Source: Spirochaetota bacterium (lineage in GTDB: Bacteria > Spirochaetota > UBA4802 > JAFGDQ01). From it: a DNA stretch of 64,000 bases. Under the pieces are notes generated by a model. That model had not been told where the DNA came from. It searched no databases and was given only the letters and a program-made list of their open reading frames with translations. The position numbers and the translations under genes were made by a program. Every line of letters begins with the position of its first letter. The first letter of the stretch is position 1. The DNA is taken from contig JAZDKB010000016.1 of assembly GCA_043803405.1 (NCBI GenBank), positions 16,293 to 80,292 of the forward strand, given 5' to 3'. Shown here piece by piece: positions 29,364 to 40,046 of this stretch.

Positions 29364-30125
29364 TTATACCCTCTCAAGAATTTCCCTGGTAAGGTCCATG
29401 TAATCGTCAGCACCGCTGCTGCCTGGTTTATATTCGAAGATCGTTTTCCCCCAGCTGGGAGCTTCCTGCAGAGCCACATTTTCCCTTATCAGTGTCTTAA
29501 AGAGTTTTCCCGGAAGACGCTTCTCAATTTCATCTATTACTTCGTTATTGATCACTTTCTTGGCGCTATACATTGTGCCTATAATGCCGGTTATCTTCAG
29601 GTTCTTGTTCAGTCTTTTCTTAACCATTTCAACAGCTTCAAAAAGATTGTACATTCCATGGTATGGAAGGAACTGTACCTGCAAAGGAATAAAAATTTCA
29701 TTTGAAAAACATAATGCATTCAGCGTAAGAATGCCGAGAGAAGGCGGACAATCGATCAGAACAAAATCGTACCCGTTTAAATTCTCCAGCGCGTCGCGCA
29801 AAAGAAACTCCTTTGCCGGTATAGCTATAAACTCAATCCCGCGCAGTTCAGGGCTAGAAGGCAGCACCTGTATCCCTTCCCTGTCGATCAATGTCTCCTG
29901 GTATGACACTTCACCTTTCATAACATCATAAATCGTTTTTTCAATATTAATTGGCTGATCGAATCTGTTCTGGCTTATACCGAAATGATAAGTGGACTGT
30001 GCCTGCGGGTCCATGTCAATTACCAGCACCTTTTTCCCCAGCCTGTTAAGACTGGCAGCCACATTAACAGTGCTGGTTGTTTTACCTACTCCGCCCTTGT
30101 TATTGGAGAATGATATTATTCTCAT
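29364..30125 (-). CDS. ParA/MinD-family P-loop ATPase (orphan ParA-like)
   Basis: The deviant Walker A motif reads NNKGGVGKTTSTVN. I placed the start at MRIISF. The gene overlaps the 3' end of clpA by about 26 nt. Confidence 0.75.
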   Translation of the reverse strand: MRIISFSNNKGGVGKTTSTVNVAASLNRLGKKVLVIDMDPQAQSTYHFGISQNRFDQPINIEKTIYDVMKGEVSYQETLIDREGIQVLPSSPELRGIEFIAIPAKEFLLRDALENLNGYDFVLIDCPPSLGILTLNALCFSNEIFIPLQVQFLPYHGMYNLFEAVEMVKKRLNKNLKITGIIGTMYSAKKVINNEVIDEIEKRLPGKLFKTLIRENVALQEAPSWGKTIFEYKPGSSGADDYMDLTREILERV

Positions 30126-32397
30126 TTTTTCCCTTCCCTTCAACTTTAACTGCAACATCATCGTTTTCAATAGTGACATTCGCCTTTCCGCCATCCTTCA
30201 ACTCCCCGAAAAGAACCTCATCCACAAAAAATGCTTTTACTTTAGTCTGTACCAACCGGCTGATTTCCCTTGCGCCGAATTGAGGCGAATAACCCTTCGC
30301 AGCAAGCCATCGACAGCATTCATCGGAAACATCAATTATAATATTTTTTTCACTAAGCTGTTTTTTGAATTCATCAATATATTTTTTAACGATTTTTAAA
30401 ATAATTTCTTCACTTAATCCGTTGAATGTAACAATGGAATCAAGCCGGTTGCGGAATTCCGGAGAAAATATTTTTTCAACAGCTTCTGTTACGGCATGTC
30501 CTTCTATCTTCGCATCGCCGTAACCAATAACGTTTTTACCGATATCTCTTGCGCCGGCATTGGATGTCATAATAATGATGCAGTTATGGAAATCCGCCTT
30601 TTTACCGTTGTTATCCGTTAAAGTTGCGTAATCCATAACCTGGAGCAGCGTATTAAATATATCCGAATGCGCCTTCTCAACTTCGTCAAGCAAAAGCACA
30701 GAATACGGGGTTTTTCTTATAGCTTCAGTCAACAGCCCGCCCTCTTCATAGCCGACATATCCAGGGGGCGCACCGATAAGCCTCGCAACAGTATGCTTTT
30801 CCTGATATTCACTCATGTCGAAACGATGCAGTTTGATTCCCATTATGGACGCCAGTTGTCTGGCCAGTTCCGTTTTTCCGACTCCAGTTGGCCCCGCAAA
30901 CAAGAATGAAGCTATTGGCCTGTCTGCATCGTGAAAACCCGCACGCGATCGTTTTATTGCATCAGCAACCAGCTTAATCGCTTCATCCTGGCCGAAGATA
31001 TTCCTTTTCAGATCTTCCTCGAGGTCCTTTAATCCTTTTACTTCAGCAGCAGATACCGATTTAACAGGTATCCTTGCCATCTTTGCAACAATCTTTTCGA
31101 TCTCGTGCGTTGTGATTATATCTGCAGCGCCGTCTTCCATTCTGTACATCTGCGCAAATGCGCCTGCTTCATCTATCACGTCAATAGCTTTATCCGGCAA
31201 ATGACGGTCGTTAACGTGTTTTGCGGACAGCTCCACGGCAGCACACAGAGCCTCATCCTCATATTTTACATTATGATATGTCTCATATTTATCCCTGATG
31301 CCTAGCAATATCCTGTATGTTTCATCAATTGTCGGCTCCGGGATCTCTATCTTCTGAAATCTTCTTGAAAGCGCGTGATCCTTCTGGAAATATTTCGTAT
31401 ATTCCTCGTACGTCGTTGATCCGATGCATCTCATTTTTCCGGATGTCAGCACGGGCTTAAGTATGTTGGATGCGTCCATTGTGCCCCCTGAAACCGCGCC
31501 TGCACCGATAATCGTATGTATCTCATCAATAAAAAGAATGACGTTTTTAATTTCCTTAAGCTCAGCTATTATTTTTTTCATGCGGTCTTCAAAGTCGCCG
31601 CGGTACTTTGTGCCGGCCAGAATCGCTCCCATATCCAGTGAATATATAGTCGCATCTTTCAGCGGCCTGGGTACTTTTCCGGACGCAATCATCTGGGCAA
31701 GTCCTTCGGTAATTGCAGTTTTACCAACGCCGGCATCGCCCACGTGAATCGGGTTGTTTTTAAACCTTCTGCAAAGCACCTGTATTGTCTGTTCCAGTAT
31801 TTCTTCCCTTCCGATGATCGGCTCAACTTCATTATTACGTGCTTTCTCAACAAGTTCAACCGCAAATACCTGAAGATAACTTTTAGTTTTTTTCTTTTCC
31901 TGCTCTTTGCCCTGCTTATCCCTTGCCTTATCGATCTTCTCGTTAATATCCTTAATATAATAGTCTTCCGGCATAACAGAGATGCCGTGAGAAATGTAAT
32001 TAAGCAAATCGAGCTTTGTTATGCCTTCTTCCTGAAGAAAATAGGCAGCATAAGATTCTTTCTCGTCTAAAATTGCAGCGTATATATCGCCTATATCCAG
32101 TTCGTTCTTCTGCGCGCTGGTTATGTGCCAAATAGCTTTTTCCATTATATTCTGGAACCCAACTGACTGGTTAGGCTCCTTTCCCTGAACAACAGGTATA
32201 TTTTTCTTTAAGTGATCTTCGATCTTTGTCCTTAACCTTTCAATATTCGCACCGCAGTTCTCAATTATTCGTTTGCTTCTTTCAAAAAAAAGCGAGGCAT
32301 ATAAAAGATGTTCAGGCGTGAGATACTCATGATTCCTTGCCGTTGCTTCATTGAACGCGGACATTATTATCTGATTCAGTTCTTCATTTATTTCCAT
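30100..32397 (-). CDS. clpA: ATP-dependent Clp protease ATP-binding subunit ClpA
   Basis: The 765-aa ORF has two AAA modules ([15 protein letters not shown] and GPTGVGKTELARQLA). ClpS lies immediately upstream. Confidence 0.85.
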   Translation of the reverse strand: MEINEELNQIIMSAFNEATARNHEYLTPEHLLYASLFFERSKRIIENCGANIERLRTKIEDHLKKNIPVVQGKEPNQSVGFQNIMEKAIWHITSAQKNELDIGDIYAAILDEKESYAAYFLQEEGITKLDLLNYISHGISVMPEDYYIKDINEKIDKARDKQGKEQEKKKTKSYLQVFAVELVEKARNNEVEPIIGREEILEQTIQVLCRRFKNNPIHVGDAGVGKTAITEGLAQMIASGKVPRPLKDATIYSLDMGAILAGTKYRGDFEDRMKKIIAELKEIKNVILFIDEIHTIIGAGAVSGGTMDASNILKPVLTSGKMRCIGSTTYEEYTKYFQKDHALSRRFQKIEIPEPTIDETYRILLGIRDKYETYHNVKYEDEALCAAVELSAKHVNDRHLPDKAIDVIDEAGAFAQMYRMEDGAADIITTHEIEKIVAKMARIPVKSVSAAEVKGLKDLEEDLKRNIFGQDEAIKLVADAIKRSRAGFHDADRPIASFLFAGPTGVGKTELARQLASIMGIKLHRFDMSEYQEKHTVARLIGAPPGYVGYEEGGLLTEAIRKTPYSVLLLDEVEKAHSDIFNTLLQVMDYATLTDNNGKKADFHNCIIIMTSNAGARDIGKNVIGYGDAKIEGHAVTEAVEKIFSPEFRNRLDSIVTFNGLSEEIILKIVKKYIDEFKKQLSEKNIIIDVSDECCRWLAAKGYSPQFGAREISRLVQTKVKAFFVDEVLFGELKDGGKANVTIENDDVAVKVEGKGKNENNIILQ

Positions 32398-32464
32398 GAC
32401 TTATTATTTTCCCTGTAAAACTTCCGAGAATAACGCAATGTTATTAACGCCTGCTAAAAAACCT

Positions 32465-32815
32465 CTATGCTTCTTCAAAACTGCATTTCAACGGAAACTG
32501 CCTTTTCTTTGCCATTTTATGCACTTCAGATATCTTTGTTACAGCAATATCATAAGTGTATACGCCGCATACTCCGATTCCCTTTTTATGTATATCGAGC
32601 ATTATCTTTGTAGCCTCGGCAGCCGGCTTGTGAAAGACTTTCATTATTACTTCAACGACAAAATCCATGGTAGTATAATGATCATTGTGCATAAGGACCC
32701 TGTACATCTTCGGATGAGCCAGCTTTTCTTCAGGCTTGACTTTTAAAGCACTTTCCAAAGACTCATCAGTTCCACCGGAATCGTTTGTCCCGTTAGCCTC
32801 ATCATTCTGTGCCAT
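32465..32815 (-). CDS. clpS: ATP-dependent Clp protease adaptor ClpS
   Basis: The ClpS core YRVLMHNDHYTTMDFVVEVIMKVFH is present. The ORF lies directly upstream of clpA. Confidence 0.8.
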   Translation of the reverse strand: MAQNDEANGTNDSGGTDESLESALKVKPEEKLAHPKMYRVLMHNDHYTTMDFVVEVIMKVFHKPAAEATKIMLDIHKKGIGVCGVYTYDIAVTKISEVHKMAKKRQFPLKCSFEEA

Positions 32816-33136
32816 ATAAAAAATCCAATTCTGTTTAAAAAAATAATTTTAAGCAGGATATTATATTATATCACAAATACATTATACATGACAAGTTTAG
32901 CAAGTATTTTTATTATAATGACTTGCAATTTTATATCTATAATAATATTATTTCCTGTAAATTGTTATTTTTCAGGACAATTTTTAATTTATAAGCAAAC
33001 CGGATTATCTTTACGAATATTTGTTTAAGAGTAAGGAAGAGTACGAACTAAAATTTTATACAGTTACTTTATCTCAATTTAACATATTAGTTCCGGAACA
33101 CTCTCGAACTTTTCTATATTAATTGGAGAAATCATT

Positions 33137-33463
33137 ATGGAAGAATATATTGATGTCCCAAAAGGAGTATCGCTCGAAGTTATTGAAGGTGTTGATACAG
33201 GCACAAGGTTTGCAATTGACAACAAAACAATAACTATTGGACGGGCAGACGCGTCCGATCTTAAGTTAACTGACGAATATGTTTCCAACAAGCATTGTCA
33301 GATAGTATTCCGCGAGGATCACTTTACAGTTATAGACCTGCAAAGCTTAAACAAAACAAAAATAAATGACAACGTTTTTCAGCAAAGGAATCTGGATAAC
33401 GGGGATATTTTATCGCTCGGCAAAACAAAAATTAAGTTCCTCTGGGAAAAGCAGGATAATTAA
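33137..33463 (+). CDS. Small FHA-domain protein
   Basis: The FHA signature (ITIGRADASDLKL...YVSNKHCQI...FTVIDLQSLNKTKIN) sits in a 108-aa ORF. A GGAG ribosome-binding site lies upstream. Confidence 0.75.
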   Translation: MEEYIDVPKGVSLEVIEGVDTGTRFAIDNKTITIGRADASDLKLTDEYVSNKHCQIVFREDHFTVIDLQSLNKTKINDNVFQQRNLDNGDILSLGKTKIKFLWEKQDN

Positions 33464-33587
33464 ACGCCTGTTTAACCGGATAATTTAAGGATGAGCTGAT
33501 AATATATCCTGCCTCCCTGAAAAATAGTTTCTTGACTTAAAACTCCGAATTTGCAAAATCGTGTAAAAATTTTTGGAAGATAATTAA

Positions 33588-35528
33588 ATGGGCGATTCGG
33601 TATTCTATAAAATATTAAGTGAACATATAGCAGAAGGAGAGCCGGTACCAGGTAACGAGATTGGCATAAAAATCGACCAGACGCTTACTCAGGACGCAAC
33701 AGGGACACTTGCATATCTTCAGTTTGAGGCAATGGACATTCCACGAGTTAAGACAGAGCTTTCTGTTTCGTACGTGGATCACAATACTTTACAGATGGGT
33801 TTTGAGAACGCAGACGATCATAAATATCTGCAGACGATGAACGCGAATTACGGTATTCATTACTCGAAAGCCGGAAACGGGATCTGTCACCAGGTTCATC
33901 TTGAGAGATTCGGGCGTCCCGGAGCAACGCTTCTGGGCTCCGACAGCCACACTCCTACAGGCGGCGCTCTCGGGATGATAGCCATAGGCGCAGGCGGCAT
34001 TGAAGTAGCAGCAGCTATGGGAGGCGGCCTGTTTTATTTTTTATGCCCCAGAATCATCAATATTAATCTGCGTGGAAAATTGCGTCCGTGGGTAAGCGCC
34101 AAAGACATTATACTTAAAGTGCTTGAGATACTGACAACCAAAGGCAACGTAGGTTTCGTTGTGGAGTATACAGGTGACAGCATAAAAACCCTGTCTGTAC
34201 CTGAACGCGCCACAATTACGAATATGGGAGCAGAACTCGGCGTAACAACCTCTATTTTCCCAAGCGACGAAATTACACGCGCTTTTCTGAAAGCGGAGGC
34301 AAGAGAATCAGTTTGGCGTGAAATAATCCCGGACAATAATGCCGCTTATGACAGAACAATAGATATTGATCTTTCAACGCTTGAACCTATGATAGCCTGC
34401 CCTCACTCTCCCGATAACATTAAAAAAGTGTCGGGAATAAAAGGAATAAAAGTCGATCAGATTGCTATAGGCAGTTGCACTAATTCATCCTATAAGGATT
34501 TAATGATAACTGCTGAAATTCTAAAAGGGAAAAAAGTTCATCGGGATGTAAGCCTGATAATAGCGCCGGGTTCAAGACAGGTTCTTGAGATGATTGCGCA
34601 AAACGGAGCTCTTGCCGATATGATCGCATCGGGAGCAAGATTAATGGAATCTGCATGCGGGTTCTGCATAGGCGCCGGCCAGTCACCTGTAACTGAAGGA
34701 ATTTCTCTCAGAACAAATAACCGGAACTTCAAAGGGCGGTCGGGAACAGATTCCGCGCAGGTGTATCTCGTAAGCGTTGAAACCGCAGTTCTATCGGCTT
34801 TAAAAGGAGAACTTGTCAGTCCTCTCGATTATCCGGAATCGGACTATCCAAGGATAAATACACCGGATAAATTCCTGATTGATGATTCGATGATTATACC
34901 TCCATCAGAAAAAAAAATATCCGGGAATAAAATAAAAATAATTCGGGGCCCGAATATAGGCGATCCTCCATTTACCGATCGCCTGATGAATGAGATGAAC
35001 GGAATAATCGGACTTAAAGTGGGCGATAAAATAACAACCGACCATATTATGCCCGCAGGCGACAGGTTAAAATACCGTTCAAATATTACAAAATATTCTG
35101 AATTTGTTTTCGAAAATATTGACCGCGAATTTTCCGGAAGGACTCTGGAAAACAAGAAAAAAAATATTTATACTGCAATTACAGGCGGAGAAAGCTACGG
35201 CCAGGGATCCTCAAGAGAACATGCCGCTATTTGTCCTATGCATCTGGGAGTAAGGCTTGTAATTGCAAAATCATTCGAAAGAATTCATGTTTCAAATCTA
35301 ATTAATTTCGGTATACTTCCACTGACTTTTAAAAATAAAGATGATTATGATAGAATAAATCAATATGATGGTTTTAAAATACATAATCTGATAAGCCAAA
35401 TTATAAAAGATACTATTCATGTAGAAATTGCGGATATTATATATGAGTTTATTTTAATTGCTTCAAAAAGACAACAGGAAATTTTACTTGAAGGTGGATT
35501 ACTGAATTATACTAAAAAACAAAAATAA
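33588..35528 (+). CDS. Aconitase-family protein with fused catalytic and swivel domains (putative aconitate hydratase or related dehydratase)
   Basis: The 646-aa ORF has aconitase motifs (GSDSHTPTGGALG, GSCTNSS, CGFCIG) and a C-terminal swivel domain (GGESYGQGSSREHA). Confidence 0.75.
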   Translation: MGDSVFYKILSEHIAEGEPVPGNEIGIKIDQTLTQDATGTLAYLQFEAMDIPRVKTELSVSYVDHNTLQMGFENADDHKYLQTMNANYGIHYSKAGNGICHQVHLERFGRPGATLLGSDSHTPTGGALGMIAIGAGGIEVAAAMGGGLFYFLCPRIININLRGKLRPWVSAKDIILKVLEILTTKGNVGFVVEYTGDSIKTLSVPERATITNMGAELGVTTSIFPSDEITRAFLKAEARESVWREIIPDNNAAYDRTIDIDLSTLEPMIACPHSPDNIKKVSGIKGIKVDQIAIGSCTNSSYKDLMITAEILKGKKVHRDVSLIIAPGSRQVLEMIAQNGALADMIASGARLMESACGFCIGAGQSPVTEGISLRTNNRNFKGRSGTDSAQVYLVSVETAVLSALKGELVSPLDYPESDYPRINTPDKFLIDDSMIIPPSEKKISGNKIKIIRGPNIGDPPFTDRLMNEMNGIIGLKVGDKITTDHIMPAGDRLKYRSNITKYSEFVFENIDREFSGRTLENKKKNIYTAITGGESYGQGSSREHAAICPMHLGVRLVIAKSFERIHVSNLINFGILPLTFKNKDDYDRINQYDGFKIHNLISQIIKDTIHVEIADIIYEFILIASKRQQEILLEGGLLNYTKKQK

Positions 35529-35637
35529 AACGCTTTTTTGTTGACGATTATTTAATATTGCAGTAAATTAGTATAATTAATATTCAGTGTGATGAAATAA
35601 TTCATATTGAATAAATAATAAATTTTAAGATGTTACT

Positions 35638-35808
35638 ATGAAAATATTATTAATAATACTATCAATCTTATTCGTTTCAATGTTCGCCTGTTCTTCATCT
35701 TCCGTTGCGGTACGCGACGGTCAGATTACTAATGGCATAAAACCCTTAATGGAAAAAAAGCACGATGAACAGAAGATCAATATAAGCGTACCCGTATACA
35801 ATTTTTAA
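35638..35808 (+). CDS. Hypothetical small lipoprotein (56 aa), absent from the six-frame track
   Basis: The ORF reads MKILLIILSILFVSMFACSSSS..., a signal peptide plus lipobox, in an otherwise empty 440-bp gap. Confidence 0.3.
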   Translation: MKILLIILSILFVSMFACSSSSVAVRDGQITNGIKPLMEKKHDEQKINISVPVYNF

Positions 35809-35972
35809 TCTTACTGTACCAAGTTTACTATACGATTCTCTCTCAAAATCCGCAATCAGCAATAATTACACACATTAAAAATTCCCGATCAAAATTTATC
35901 CTTGAATTATTGCAGTTAAGTGATATAATCTAAAAATTAAAATATATATAAATTCTTTAAATTTACTTTTAC

Positions 35973-37649
35973 ATGAATATTGATAAATTAACAATAGACA
36001 ATATTTCCAGTACTATCTCTGAAGTCGTTGAGACAGCGAAAAATGTTAACAGGCTTTCTTATGTCAGGAAACAAATAACATCTGAAAGCCTTATGCTTCT
36101 CAAAGAATTGATGGATAAAAATTTCGCTATAATTATTAATTATAAAGAAGTATTTAACAGTCTCCAGAATTACATTTCGGATATTACAAAAAATATTAAT
36201 ACTTACAGATATAATATTAATTTATTTAAAGATATTGTTTCAAATGTAGATATAATTAAGAACAAATTAGTCACTATTACATCAAAAATAGAGGAGCTGA
36301 CAGGTTTTGTTAATACAATAAAAAAAGATACGGAAGAGATCAATGTACTGGCTACAAATGCGGCTATTGTCTCAAGCAAATATAATACTTCCGTGTTTCA
36401 GATACTTTCCGCGAAATTCAACAGCATGTCAAACTACATCAATCAGAATCTCGAAAATATAATCAAGTATGTAAGCCCTATTAAAGACAGTATTGATAAT
36501 TTAACAAATATAAATTCCGTGGTTGTTTCAGATATCGAAAACGGTTATCACAGTTATCTTTTATTTTTAGAGAAATTCGGGCATCAGGAAAAAGTTGTTG
36601 ATAAACAGGTTCAAAGAGCAGAACATTCAGGGGAGAAAATAGAAGACCAGAAGGAAATGCTTGCGAATATAAATAAAAAAATTCTGCAAATGGATGCTGA
36701 TGCAGACAAGGCAATAGAAGGTTCTGGCAATAATATGAAAATCGGAGAAAGCCTTAAAAGCGCAGTCGAAGTCTTATACTCAGAAATAAACAACGGGATG
36801 TCTAATGGAAAATTTCGTAAAACTATCGATGTTCTTGCTGAGAAGGGTTCAACAATCAAACAAACTGCAACCCATGTTAATGAAAAATCAAAAAGTCAGC
36901 TTGATTTTTCATTAAGTTCACTTGAATTCTGCAAATCCATTATTGAGCAATCCAAAGAACTTGAAAAAACAATCAGTATTTTCAACAAACAATCTGTTGA
37001 AAATAATAAACTTGCGCTAAAAATCGGGACAAGCATAAACGATCTCATTAATCAATTGAATGAAATCGAAAAAAGAATCATCGAATCAAATGAAACATTA
37101 AAAAAGTTTATGGAGGATTATTTAAATATCTCCGACATTCTTTATATTTTAAAAGATATTTTAAAACTAATGAAAATAATCGGCATTTATTCCAGGATAG
37201 AAGCTTCCCGCGACCCTGTGGCCTATGAAGGCTTTTTAACAATATCAAAACACATTCAAAAACTGCAGAATAAAATCAAAAACAATATTCCAAAAATCGA
37301 AAGCAACATTAAAGATACAAAAGCAATTATTGATCTTGTCAATGAATCATACCAGAATATTTCCGTCGAATTCAATAACATAAGGGAAAATTCAATATTC
37401 TTTACTAACCAGTTAAAAGGCATTTCGCAGATAAGTACTGAAGCTGAAAATATCAGCGTTAACATTTTAAACGACTCGCTTAACCTTGACACTTTGCTTA
37501 GTGATCTGGAAAACTATTTAAATAAACTGACAGAAATAGTAAAAGAACCGATTGAAGGATCCGCTAAAAATATACAGCGTGGAAAATTCATAGAAGAAAC
37601 AACTAATGAAATAAAAAAAATACTGCTGCAACAGACCGCGTTTACTTAG
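35973..37649 (+). CDS. Cytoplasmic coiled-coil protein with two degenerate MCP-signalling-like modules
   Basis: It has no TM segments. INVLATNAAIVSSKYNTSVFQILSAKF and IGIYSRIEASRDPVAYEGFLTISKHIQKL both resemble the MCP core LNAAIEAARAGExGRGFAVVADEIRKL, but the GE-GRG signature is lost. Confidence 0.5.
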   Translation: MNIDKLTIDNISSTISEVVETAKNVNRLSYVRKQITSESLMLLKELMDKNFAIIINYKEVFNSLQNYISDITKNINTYRYNINLFKDIVSNVDIIKNKLVTITSKIEELTGFVNTIKKDTEEINVLATNAAIVSSKYNTSVFQILSAKFNSMSNYINQNLENIIKYVSPIKDSIDNLTNINSVVVSDIENGYHSYLLFLEKFGHQEKVVDKQVQRAEHSGEKIEDQKEMLANINKKILQMDADADKAIEGSGNNMKIGESLKSAVEVLYSEINNGMSNGKFRKTIDVLAEKGSTIKQTATHVNEKSKSQLDFSLSSLEFCKSIIEQSKELEKTISIFNKQSVENNKLALKIGTSINDLINQLNEIEKRIIESNETLKKFMEDYLNISDILYILKDILKLMKIIGIYSRIEASRDPVAYEGFLTISKHIQKLQNKIKNNIPKIESNIKDTKAIIDLVNESYQNISVEFNNIRENSIFFTNQLKGISQISTEAENISVNILNDSLNLDTLLSDLENYLNKLTEIVKEPIEGSAKNIQRGKFIEETTNEIKKILLQQTAFT

Positions 37650-37652
37650 AGA

Positions 37653-37710
37653 GCGTCCTAAAACCTATATAACATTATAAGGTTTATCGAGACAATAGGT
37701 TTTGGGACGC
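37653..37710. other. Long hairpin in a convergent intergenic region (possible bidirectional terminator or RNA element)
   Basis: GCGTCCTAAAACCTAT pairs with ATAGGTTTTGGGACGC over 16 bp (one G-U wobble) across a 26-nt loop. There is no flanking U-tract. Confidence 0.35.
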
Positions 37711-37722
37711 AATTAAAACCAG

Positions 37723-38481
37723 CTATTTCTTTAAAAAAGGAGTAAGCAGATCAATCGGGATTGGAAATAGTGTTGTAGAGTTATTCTCTGCAGCTACCTC
37801 GCTTAAAGTCTGAAGATAACGGAGTTGAAGAGATATTGGATGTTCTTCCATTAACGCTGCTGCACTGACCATCTTTTCCGCTGCCTGGAATTCACCTTCT
37901 GCGTTTATAACTTTTGCTCTTCTCTCTCTTTCTGCTTCAGCTTGTTTTGCCATTGCGCGCTGCATCTCCTGCGGAAGATCAACGTGCTTTATTTCTACCT
38001 TGGCTACTTTTACACCCCAGGGCTCCGTATCCTTATCAAGCGCATCCTGAAGCTGAATATTTATTTTATCTCTTTCACTAAGCAAATCATCCAACCCAAC
38101 CATACCCATTATGCTCCTTAGAGTTGTCTGAGCAAGCTGTGATGTTGCATAAAGATAATCCTCGACCTCGGTTATAGCTTTATTTGGTTCTACTACCCTG
38201 AAATAAACTACAGCATTAACTTTTAGGGAAACATTATCTTTAGTTATAATATCCTGGGGCGGCACATCAAAGGCAACTAACCGCAAACTGACTCTTACCC
38301 ATCTGTCTATCATTGGTATTATCAGAATTATGCCCGGTCCTTTAGGACCCTTAGGTGGCACTATCATTCTGCCTAAACGGAACACCACGGCTCTTTCATA
38401 TTCTTTTAAAATCTTTATGGAAGAAATAAGCAGAATAATTAATAAAAAGATCAATGTAATTATTGGACTTGCAATAAACAT
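37723..38481 (-). CDS. SPFH / band-7 (stomatin-like) membrane protein
   Basis: An N-terminal TM helix is followed by the SPFH core ([33 protein letters not shown]) and a coiled-coil [12 protein letters not shown] region. Confidence 0.85.
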   Translation of the reverse strand: MFIASPIITLIFLLIILLISSIKILKEYERAVVFRLGRMIVPPKGPKGPGIILIIPMIDRWVRVSLRLVAFDVPPQDIITKDNVSLKVNAVVYFRVVEPNKAITEVEDYLYATSQLAQTTLRSIMGMVGLDDLLSERDKINIQLQDALDKDTEPWGVKVAKVEIKHVDLPQEMQRAMAKQAEAERERRAKVINAEGEFQAAEKMVSAAALMEEHPISLQLRYLQTLSEVAAENNSTTLFPIPIDLLTPFLKK

Positions 38482-38518
38482 ATTATCCTCCTGCCGGTTT
38501 ATTTAATTTTAAAAAAAT

Positions 38519-39829
38519 CTAATCGTTTTTTAATTTCTTAATAATCAAAGTCATGCCGTCATATCCTTCAACAATGACAGGATCATCCTTTTTTATGTCA
38601 TCGTCGCTAAACGCATTCCAGTATTCGCCGTGAGCCATTATTTTACCGTATTTGTTAAAATCTGCAACCGCATTCCCTTTTTCACCTATCATTCCTTCAA
38701 TACCGGTAGTAACCTTCCCGCGATGGGCAGCTAAAACCGATCTAATCAATACAAAGAAAAAAAGAAGCAGGAATATAACAACAATAATGATAGAAGCAAT
38801 TGGAACAGACATTCCGGGAAGCGGAGAGTCGAATAGTATCATTGAACCGAGAACGAAGCTGGCAATCCCGCCTATTGTAAGCAAACCATAGCTTACAAAT
38901 TTTAGCTCTAAAATAAATAAGACAATAGAAATAATTATTAAAGAAAGACCTAGAATATTTATGGGAAGGACTCTGATAGTCAGTAAAAAAAGGAATAAGG
39001 CTATTCCCCCTAATGTGCCCGGAAAAATCATACCCGGATTTTTTACTTCCAGACCAATACCCACAACAGCAATTATAAATAAAAGGAAAACAAACTGCGG
39101 ATCTGCCAGATAATTTAAAAATTTCTGAGTAAGATCCATTTCATAAACAGTTTCTTTTACATTCGTAGTATTCAGTAGAACAGGGTATCCGTCCATATTT
39201 ACAATTCTGCCGTTTAATTTCTTTAAAAGATCATTCATATCATCAGCTATCAGATCAATCACACCAAGCTTTTTAGCTTCAATGTATGTACTGGAAATCG
39301 CATTTTTTACTGCGTTCTCCGTCCATTGAATATTTCTGTTCCTTTTCTGAGAAAGGCTTCTCGCATACGCCAGGGTATCATTCAATACTTTTGTTTCCAT
39401 GATGCCTTCGCTGCCATCCTCATTCTTTTTTCCGAAATCCAGGAATGGGCTTACGGGATGCATTGCTCCTATTTCGGTGCCTGGAGCCATGACGGCAATG
39501 TGAGCTGAAAGCATAATATAACCGCCGGCAGAGGCAGCCTGTGCTCCTTTGGGAAATGTGAAGACTACAACAGGAATTTTTGAAGAAAGAATTGCCTTAA
39601 TGATTTCCCGCATGGAACTCATTAAACCGCCGGGTGTATCCATTTGAATCACAATAAAAAGACATTTCTCATTATTTGCTTTTTCAATGGAATTTACAAT
39701 ATGTTCTGCAATTATAGGATTAACTGTCCCGTCGAGTTTTATGGTTGCATATTTATTTTCAGTTGATCCGTTTAATAGCGAGAAAAAAGATATAAGAATA
39801 AATGTTATAAGTATTATCAGTTTTTGCAT
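38519..39829 (-). CDS. NfeD-family membrane protein (ClpP-class serine protease domain plus C-terminal OB domain), the usual partner of SPFH
   Basis: The ClpP-like domain reads MDTPGGLMSSM...AASAGGYIML. Multiple TM helices follow, then a C-terminal OB-like domain. It sits adjacent to the SPFH gene. Confidence 0.8.
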   Translation of the reverse strand: MQKLIILITFILISFFSLLNGSTENKYATIKLDGTVNPIIAEHIVNSIEKANNEKCLFIVIQMDTPGGLMSSMREIIKAILSSKIPVVVFTFPKGAQAASAGGYIMLSAHIAVMAPGTEIGAMHPVSPFLDFGKKNEDGSEGIMETKVLNDTLAYARSLSQKRNRNIQWTENAVKNAISSTYIEAKKLGVIDLIADDMNDLLKKLNGRIVNMDGYPVLLNTTNVKETVYEMDLTQKFLNYLADPQFVFLLFIIAVVGIGLEVKNPGMIFPGTLGGIALFLFLLTIRVLPINILGLSLIIISIVLFILELKFVSYGLLTIGGIASFVLGSMILFDSPLPGMSVPIASIIIVVIFLLLFFFVLIRSVLAAHRGKVTTGIEGMIGEKGNAVADFNKYGKIMAHGEYWNAFSDDDIKKDDPVIVEGYDGMTLIIKKLKND

Positions 39830-40046
39830 TTATTTAACTGCATTTTATAAATTATATTCAAAATAAAAAGAACCGGATTAATTAGTTATATCAGTAAAAT
39901 TGGAACTGTCAAGCTTAAATAAAAAACAATCTTCAGTTAAATTATAACTAATTTTTCCTGTTGCTGCTCTTTTTTGAGTTATATTGCTCCGATAATAAGT
40001 ATACAGTTATTACCATTTTAATAATTCAAATAAAAAAATAAATATT

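Noticed and set aside
33079-33291. Minus-strand ORF overlapping the FHA gene start
   Set aside because: The FHA gene on the plus strand has an RBS and a clear domain signature. The minus ORF has no features.
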